This document shows, one piece after another, positions 32,412-40,313 of a DNA stretch of 40,313 bases. The notes under the pieces were generated by a model. That model was not told the DNA's origin. It worked only from the letters and a program-made list of their open reading frames with translations, and made no database searches. How positions within the stretch are numbered: position 1 is the first letter of the stretch; every line of letters starts with the position of its first letter. Both the position numbers and the translations under genes were made by a program. Origin of the DNA: Dimorphilus gyrociliatus (lineage: Eukaryota > Animalia > Annelida); NCBI GenBank assembly GCA_904063045.1, contig CAJFCJ010000132.1, positions 33,320 through 73,632 on the forward strand. The letters are read 5' to 3'.

Positions 32412-35040
32412 TTATTCATCATTCTGTCTACATTTATATAGATTAATTGTTTTTAAAGTGTTTGAGGAGGATTTGAGTCCTTCGCAAATCATTTTAAATC
32501 CTTTTTCCATTTTAGAATTTTTAGACAAGTCAACATCTTCCAACACAGAACAAGATTGAAAAGCTTCTCCTAGAGAATTCGCCTGATTTTCATTCAAGTC
32601 ACAACATTTTATTTTAACATATTTTAAAGATAACTTTGAAGAGCTGAATCCTTTGCAAATACTTTTCATTCCAGCATTTCCCATCATTAGATTGTTGGAA
32701 AGGTCAATTTGTTTCAATGATGAACATTTTTTAAATGCTATTCCTAAAAAGTCTGCTTGTTTTTCACTCAAATTACAATTTGATAGGAAAATTTGCTTAA
32801 GAGTGTTTGAAGATGATTTCAATCCTTGACAAATCTTTTCAAATCCATCATCCTCCATTTTAGAATTATAAGACAAATCTACTATTTCCAAAAAACAACA
32901 TTCTTTAAGAGCTTCTCCAAGATGTTCTGCTTGGAGATAATTCAATTCACATTTGCTTGCATCTATTTTCGTCAGACTGAAAGATGACAATGTGAGTCCT
33001 TTGCAAATTGTATTAAATTTAAGTCCAACTTTACCATTACTAGAGAGATCAACATTTTCCAAAAAATAACAGTTTTGAAATGTTTCTCCTAGAGATTTTG
33101 CTTGTTTAGAATTAATGTTGCATTTAGCTATAGTTATATGCTTTAAAGTGTTTGAAGATGACTTCAATCCTTGATAAATCTTTTCAAATCCTTCATCCTC
33201 CATTTTAGAATTATATGATAAATAAACATTTTCCAATGAAAAACAGGTTTGAAATGCTTCTCCTAAACTTATAGCTTGTTTCTTATTCAATTGACATGAA
33301 ACTAAATTAATATGTTTTAAACTATGATATAAGCATTTTAATCCCTTGACAAAGCATTTTAAATCCTTTTTCTCCCATTTTAAAGTTTTTGGATAAGACA
33401 ACTTTTTCCATTGATGAATATTGTTGAAGCATTTCTCCTAGACATTGTGCTTGTTCATCATCCAATTTACATGAAGTTAAATTTATAGCTTTTAATGTTT
33501 TCAATGCATAAAATTCTTTACAAATCATTTGAAATCCATTTCCCATTTCAGAATTGCAAGATAAGTTAAGATATTCCAAACTAGAACACTTCTTTAATGC
33601 CTTTGCCAAAAATATTGACTTGACATCATTTATATTATACTGTGATAATTGAATTTCTTTCAACGTTTGAGAAGATGTTAAAAGTCCTTCACAAATTATT
33701 TCAAATCCATCATCCTCTATTTCAGAATTTCTGGAAAAATCAAATTTTTCTAATAAACAACAAACTTTTAATGTTTGTTCTAAATATTTTGCCAATGTAT
33801 TATCCAATCCACAGTGATTTATGTCAATTTCTTTTAGAGTGTTATTTGAAAGTTTGTGTCCTTCAAAAATTTTTTCAAATTCCTTTTCCATTTTGAAATT
33901 TCCAGAGAAGTCAACATATTCTAAAGAAGTACATTTACAAAATGTCTTTCCTAATTCAATTGCTTGGTGTTGCTTTATGTTTGCTTTGTGATACATTAAT
34001 ACTACTAAAATTTTCATTTGCAGATTGGAGATTTTTAAATATCATTTGTGATCCATTGTCACCCATTTTATAATTTCTAGATAAATCAACTTTTTCTAAT
34101 GAAGTAAGTTCTTTAAATGTAGTTGCTAAAAATTCAGCTTGTTCACCATTCAGGTTGCATTGTCTGATAGATATATATTTTAAATGGTCTGAAGAAGATT
34201 TTAATCCTTTACAAATGCTTTTAAATCCATTTCTCATATTTGAATTGTATGATTAATCAACATTTTCCAAAAAATTACAATGTTGAAATAGCTGTCCAAT
34301 ATAATCTGCTTGCTGATGATTTAAAATATAATTGTCTAAATTGATTGATTTTAAAGTATTAGTAAATGTAACAGTTCCTTCAGGAAAGTATCTTTTACAG
34401 TTAGATAGTGAAATTATTTGTATAGATTTACAATTTTGGAAAATGTTGTGAGCATGTTCATAAAATTTTTCATAACAAGAATGTTGATTAATATCAAAAT
34501 TTTGAATTTTTTCATAAGTTAACTCTAGTATTTTAAAACATAGACTTTCAAAATCTTTTTCACTTTTTACTTGAAATAAAACCATTGGAATATTTGTAAT
34601 TTGAATGATATCATTGGCCAATGCCCATTTTATTACATTTAAACTCTCTAAATTAAGTTCCTTTAATTTATTTTCTTCAGGAACAACTCTAATATTTGTT
34701 GATGAAATTAATTGTATCATCAAAAAGTATAGTGACTACTCTTTATTATAATCTTTGTGAGCTTTTTTGAATGAAGAGAAAGCTGTTCAAATAAGAGGCT
34801 AATCTTAACTTGTGTATTATCAAGATGTACTTCTTCCAAAAACTCTCCTTTCTTCTCAATTAACAATTTTACTATAGTATCATTTAAATTTTCAATAGTC
34901 AATTCAAGTACTTTTTCATCTGAATTAGAAGATAACTTATTTTTAACAGTTTGACTACAATCAAACATATTTCTAACAGTTTCAGAAGAAAAAATAACAT
35001 TTTCAAAGACATTTTGGGACAGGTTGAAAACAGCCGTAAA
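32412..35040 (-). pseudogene. Long RI-type (NLR-like) LRR gene broken into five ORFs
   Basis: ORFs 34720-34968, 34253-34723, 33956-34237, 33322-34017 and 32412-33401 are collinear. More than 20 repeats of type LExVDLSxNSKM..GFExICxGLKSSSNT / LKxIxLxxCNL..QA..LG. Pre-LRR region TAVFNLSQNVFEN at about 35000-35040; no NACHT motif seen. Confidence 0.85.
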
Positions 35041-35364
35041 TGAAATATTTGAAGATCAGATTTCAGGCTAGGAAATAGTTAGGAGGAATAAGATAAGTAT
35101 TCATTTGTACTTACAGAAATCCCATATAAGGGTTAGGGGCATTTAAAAAGGTTTGGCAGAAACAAGGGCTAGGTTAAGGTTAGGGTAAAACCACTGATAT
35201 ATGGCCTTTTCTACCACATCCAATTATCTTTCTAGTGTGATTTTCAAAATTTCTATATCATTTATAAAAGTATTTAGAAACTGTAACATCCTGAAACTAT
35301 GTAGAATTGCCTAAGGAATTGAAAGAATATCTTCAGTACCAAGAGAGGTGTTTAGAATGGGGCT

Positions 35365-35551
35365 GACAGAAAACATCCCCCAGTGAGATTTAAAAAAAAC
35401 ATTTTGGATTGAAAAATAGTTAGAAGGTGTAAAGTAGCTTTTGATTTATAGTTAGGGGGTTCCATCTATTAGGGCTAATCAAAAAAGTAAAGGAGTGACA
35501 AGGGATAGCTAGGGTTAGGGTTAAGCCATGCATTTGGGGACGTTTTCTGTC
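35365..35551 (+). mobile_element. MITE-like element with 17-bp inverted repeats and TTAGGG-like core (copy 1)
   Basis: gacagaaaacatcccc (35365) ... tggggacgttttctgtc (35535-35551); homologous, in inverted orientation, to 37772-37967. Confidence 0.7.
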
Positions 35552-35820
35552 ATATCCATATATATAAAAATACTCATCACAAATTCTGTTTATGATTTAG
35601 TCAAAAAAAAAAACCTTTATAAATCTTTTGTTAAGAACAGCATTATAGTTCCATTATTGGAAGCCAATAATGGCAAAAAGACAAGGCAGTGCACTATGAA
35701 TATCATGATAGCACAAATAATAAAGACCATTGTACAACTCTGGTTATATTTAACATGGTTGAACTGTATTATTTGATGCAACTTATACATGTACATCTTA
35801 AAACCTACGCAAGAAAATGC

Positions 35821-36335
35821 TATAACATTGGCCAAACATAAGTCTGATTAGTCAGCTTGAAAGCTTATCTTTAATTACCAATAAAGGTTTGGCCAAGTTA
35901 TAATTTAATTAACTTGCCTAGGCTGTGGCCAAGTTATAATTCAATTAACCTTCCTAAATGTTCAACCTTGTAACATCCTCTTACTAAACATAAATATGAA
36001 CTACACATTTCAGCAACTGTAAAGTGATGATTGGATGTCAGAGGCAAACCTCAAAGTATATAAATCCTCACTATTCTCATTCTGCATGCAGCTTCCATCT
36101 GGACACAAGGACCTGTGAAGATAACCTGGAAACAACCTCCACTGGAATCATCCATCTATTCCTCAACATTGGAAGACAGTTTGATAATTTGGCAACCTGC
36201 TATCTACTCTGCTATAGAACCTTCATATTGTTACTTGCTTAAGTATTATTATTGCGAATAAACCGTTTTAATTTAAACATTTGTATTGATATAACTTGCA
36301 AACGCATAGATTTTGCCAGCAAGAGCAGTACAAGA
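35821..36335 (+). repeat. LTR-like repeat, family A (copy 2)
   Basis: Matches the reverse complement of 19501-20051 apart from small indels; AATAAA at 36257-36262. Confidence 0.75.
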
Positions 36336-36473
36336 TGTATTTAGTTAAAATGAAGAGAGTTATATTTGCTCCTTCATTTGAAGCAACTCATGTTAAAATG
36401 TGAAAAAAACAAGACAAATGAAGTGAACAATTCTAAAAACCACAAAATATTTCAAACTTGAATAAATCATACA

Positions 36474-36850
36474 TTAAGGATGATAAATTGAACTACAGAC
36501 TTCCAGGAGTTGAGCAATATTCATTTCTGATCTTTCAAAACCTTCCCAAGCTTCAAAGACTTTTTTTTGAAGATGCTTATAAATTCTTCTCTGATTTCTG
36601 CAGATTTTCTATTCAGTTAAAAGCTTTTCAATGACATTTATCAGATCTGCTTCATGTTTCAATTTTTGAACATTTGTGTAGAATGATGTTGTATTTTCAA
36701 AAGATGAGTGAAATTTTTGGTGGAAGCCCTTCAGATCATTGTTTGTGTGAATTGCTATTATGAAACTTGAACAAGATGATGGAGGCCAAATCAGTTAAGA
36801 TAACTCGTTACATTGTTGCAAACAATCTTTTATACTTTCAAATTGTTGCT
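36474..36850 (-). mobile_element. MULE transposase C-terminal relic (third family member)
   Basis: IWPPSSCSSFIIAIHTNNDLKGFHQKF...LKHEADLINVIEKLLTE*KICRNQRRIYKHLQKKVFEAWEGF...IYHP*. Collinear with the C-terminus of the 24.8-27.0 kb transposase; the catalytic E is K here. Confidence 0.75.
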
Positions 36851-36879
36851 TGATGTGGTCTGATGGTAGAAATGGTAGA

Positions 36880-38750
36880 GAGAGGAATTGGAGCAGAAAA
36901 ACTCATCCCTGGGAAAACCTGTTCCTGGAAAAGTTGTCCCCTTTTGAAAGAGCAAGTTTTAGCATTTTAAAAGGAATAAAAGGAAAATTGTATATAATAT
37001 AGTTGATGAAAAATAGGAAATTTATCAGAGTTCACAAACTAAACACAACATACAAATGCTAAATATATGAAAATCACAATTGGAAATTTAAAGATAATGT
37101 TATTCAGAATAAATGTTTGCTGATCAAATGCTGTGATTTCACCAAATTTATATTCATCCCATTAATCAAAAATTTTCTTCTATTTTGTATTATCATTGGC
37201 CTTTGATACTTTCTTAATTTCTTTTCAGTTAAAAGTTTTTGAATAACTCGAATCAAAGCAGCTTCATGTTTCAAGCAATCAACTAATAAGTAGAAGCAAG
37301 AATTAGGCAAAGCTTTTTCATTAAGTCTCCTATGCCATGCTTCAACATCATTATTTGTGGGAATGCTCATTCCATAAACAGACTAGCTTTCTGGTGTCCG
37401 AATAGAATTTTTAGTCCAGGTATTTTCTATATATTCATACAAATCTTTATATACATTTTTCTCGAAAGCTTCTTCTTTTAAAGATGAAAAAATATGGGGT
37501 ATTACCTGAGAAGGAAGAAGAGGAAGTACCATTAAATTTCTCATCATATTTTGAGAGGCCAGCCTAGTTTTATATTCAGTTGCATATCCCAAATTCTAAA
37601 AACATGAAAATATTTTATAAATTATTATATATTCTTTGTCACGAAATACACCTGGTAATGCAGAGTTTGATATCTACCAGTTTTCCCAAAAGCAGAGCTT
37701 TAGTTTACTAACTATTGTAACTACAAAAAAAATTTTCCTCATTTTACAATATATATATTATATATGGATACGACAGAAAACGGCCCCACAAGTATGGTTT
37801 TATGCTAACCCTAAACCATCCCTAATGTATCCGTAACCCTTTTTCATTACTCCTAACCCTTAGATGGGACCCCCCTAACTACAAATCAATAAATGCTTTT
37901 TTCCTCCTAACCATTTCTTAACCCAAAATGCTGCCTTCAAATATCCTACTTGGGGACGTTTTCTGTTGATCCCATTATCATGACACCATTGAAAAAGACA
38001 TCCTATTATGTTAACATTAGGTGCTAATTCACCTATAGCGCTCCATGCACTTTCTTCAAAATCCAGCATGACAGTTGTTGGTTGAAATCCATTAGTTAGT
38101 TAAAAAAGCAGCCTATAAAATATGAACAGTATTTAAAGAAATTTAATTTGAGCATATCCTATTTACCTTGAATAATATTTTAGAATGCAAATAAGAGAGC
38201 GACTTGTTTCAATTCTGACTCTTTTTTTCAGAAATCCATGAATAGAGTATAATTGTTTGAATGGGTCATTTGCAGGTTTGAATGTTCCATCAAGAAACCA
38301 AATACTTGTTGATTTAAAATAGTCAAGGTGACAATGTGTCGCAGAAATTACAACTCTTGTTTGCTTTTCAAAAATATCCACTTTCAGGAAATTTTTCTGG
38401 GAAGAATGCTTGCTTTATAATAAATCTTAAACCAGTAGGTTCCTTTAATCTATTTTTTCTTTTGTGATAGTTAATAACTTAGATGTAATAAGACATTTTT
38501 CCCCTTAGCACTTGCTTTTTTAAGAATTTTGAATGGCTCAATTTCATTACACTATTCTTTTTCAAATACTTGATCATTTTCAGTTGAAATTTACACTTCA
38601 TTACAAAAATCAGGTACTGTTTCTGTAGTTTCTGTTGACACATTTGCAACATTTTCTTCTTCATCAACCATTTCATCTAATATTCTGTTCTCTTGAAATT
38701 CTTGAAATCTATAAAAAGAAAAATAATGTCAGATTCATTTAAAGAAGGTC
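36880..38750 (-). mobile_element. Decayed MULE element with introns, interrupted by a MITE
   Basis: PFKILKKASAKGK (FLYWCH start), WFLDGTFKP..FKQLYSIHGF, MLDFEESAWSAI..IIGCLFQW, LGYATEYK..LMVLPLLP, PTNNDVEAWHRRLN. Subterminal repeats of type ggggacaacttttcc near 36895-36945. Confidence 0.85.
37772..37967 (-). mobile_element. MITE-like element (copy 2) inside the MULE relic
   Basis: gacagaaaacggcccca (37772-37788) ... tggggacgttttctgt (37951-37966); taaccc-rich core. Confidence 0.7.
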
Positions 38751-38927
38751 ATTTAATTGTTGTATCCGTTTCATACATATTTAGATGGTCAGCTTCTTTC
38801 ATAATATATAATTAGGGATAGGCCTAAGATAAATCAATAGATGCTGGAGTTAAATTCGTAATGTTGTATTGACATTATTGAAATACATTTAAACACACAA
38901 AATTTCTACAACTGAACAAAAACATCA

Positions 38928-40244
38928 TCAACAATTTTCATTAAGAGGAGAAATGATGATCATATAACCAATTGTAGAGTTGGGTGAAATTTCCAATTCA
39001 CTACTTGTAATATTAAAAGAAGATAGTAAACAATGTTTATTTAAAAAATTATAAGAAAAAAATAGACATTTCTTCGTCTTACAATAATTTAAACACGATG
39101 AAAAATTTGCGATTATTATTGAATTGAATTGGTTTGGAGTAGGCATGTTTTTTAATTTCTTATCTTTCTTAACAATTATTCTTAAATTTTCTTTTAAAAA
39201 AAAATTGTTTTTTAGACATTTTTTTAAAAATTATCAATATTTTTACCTTCTTTTATTCCAAACGCTTCAACTTCACAAAATTTCAACTCATTTGAGATTG
39301 ATGTATTATCTATATTCTTTATTATAAGTAATTCATTTCCAATAATTTGTCGAAGACATTTAATCTCGATAATAGATTTAATTATTGTTTTATTTGTATT
39401 GAAATTGCCACATAAGTTTTTTAGGTAATGTCCATTTTCTAGTTTTACAATATATAAGGAAATATGCTTAAAATCTATAAAACAAAAGATGTAGCTTTAT
39501 ATATGTGAATATGAATATATAAATATATAAATTTATTCGATAGATTACCAGTTTTCACATCAAAAAATGGTTGAAGGATAATGTGTTGGATAAGATAAGA
39601 TTGATCAAATTTAAATTGAAGAATAATCTCTCCAGTTGATGATATTTTTGAACAAGACGAATATTTTTGTACACTTTCAATATTGTAAAAATTTCCATCT
39701 ATTATTTTTAGAGGAGAATTTTCCGAGTTCCATAAAGACAATTCATTTGAAATGACTTCTGCTATTGGAATATTTTGTAAATTTTCATTAAGATGTTTTT
39801 TTCCATATGCCAATATTTCAAAAATTTCCAATTGATATGTTTTTGAATCTTGAATGAATAGAAATCTACCATAATTATAACTATTACATTTCCATCGAAC
39901 TGTACCACCATGGTTAGAGTTACCATTTAAGTTAGAGCAATCAGATGTGGTCAATTTTTCAAAAGGGTTGAAGTTATCAACATTCATTATGATTTTAAAG
40001 TCAAATTCATTATATTGGTGTGAACCATGAAAAGTTCTATGAATGCATACATAATCTATTGTATACATATCAATAAGATTAATAACCATCCATTCTATTG
40101 GTGTGTTTAAAGCACTACCAGCCATATAGTGTTTATTAAAGCCATCAGTAGCAAATGTTGCATAAAATGGATATTCTTTATTATTCAGGTCAGAAAATGT
40201 TGAAGACAAATAACAGGGTTTTCCTCTGGCAATGTTTACAAAAT
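38928..40244 (-). CDS. F-type-lectin/F5-8C-like domain x2 + PAN/Apple domain protein, 3' three exons (gene starts right of the window)
   Basis: Exons 40244-39549, 39474-39247 and 39190-38928 splice in frame (introns 74 and 56 nt). VNIARGKPCYLSST..FATDG..WMVINL..GRFLFI..LEIFEILAYG; second domain ..IIDG..LKFCEVEAFG; then SSCLNYCKTKKCLFFSYNFLNKHCLL. Confidence 0.75.
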
Positions 40245-40313
40245 CTTTTTTTTTGTTTTTTAAAAAAAAATAAATACAACTCTATTCCTTTTTATATAAA
40301 ACACTTATTTTAC

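Noticed and set aside
35617-35835. Hydrophobic ORF (-) as a GPCR TM fragment, with a similar stretch at about 36340-36440
   Set aside because: Too short and without diagnostic motifs to support a call.

Overview
AT-rich eukaryotic (animal) genomic DNA with very short spliceosomal introns (51-92 nt where they could be defined) and one assembly gap (30717-31602). No prokaryotic features, RNA genes or CRISPR arrays were found. The window is a transposon-rich region full of decayed gene copies. It holds five remnants of a ribonuclease-inhibitor-type (NLR-like) LRR family, pseudogenes of an EGF/cadherin membrane protein, a UDP-glucuronosyltransferase, a DEG/ENaC channel fragment and an LRR-GPCR fragment, a nearly intact METTL27-like methyltransferase, and PAN-domain genes at both edges. 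Mobile DNA includes mariner/Tc1 relics, three Mutator-like (MULE) transposases, MITE-like elements and solo-LTR-like repeats. The centrepiece is a minus-strand Ty3/Gypsy-type retroelement (about 20.1-29.1 kb), split at its RNaseH/integrase linker by an almost intact intron-containing PHD-FLYWCH-MULE transposon. Its domain order is protease(C-half)-RT-RNaseH-integrase, then a SECOND aspartic protease, an acidic spacer with tandem SUMO-interacting-like motifs, an internal signal/TM segment, and a class III (herpes gB/chuvirus G-like) fusion glycoprotein. A second, plus-strand fragment supplies the C-terminal/TM part of a related glycoprotein, followed by a PPT and an LTR start. All family assignments come from manual translation and motif recognition; no database search was run.
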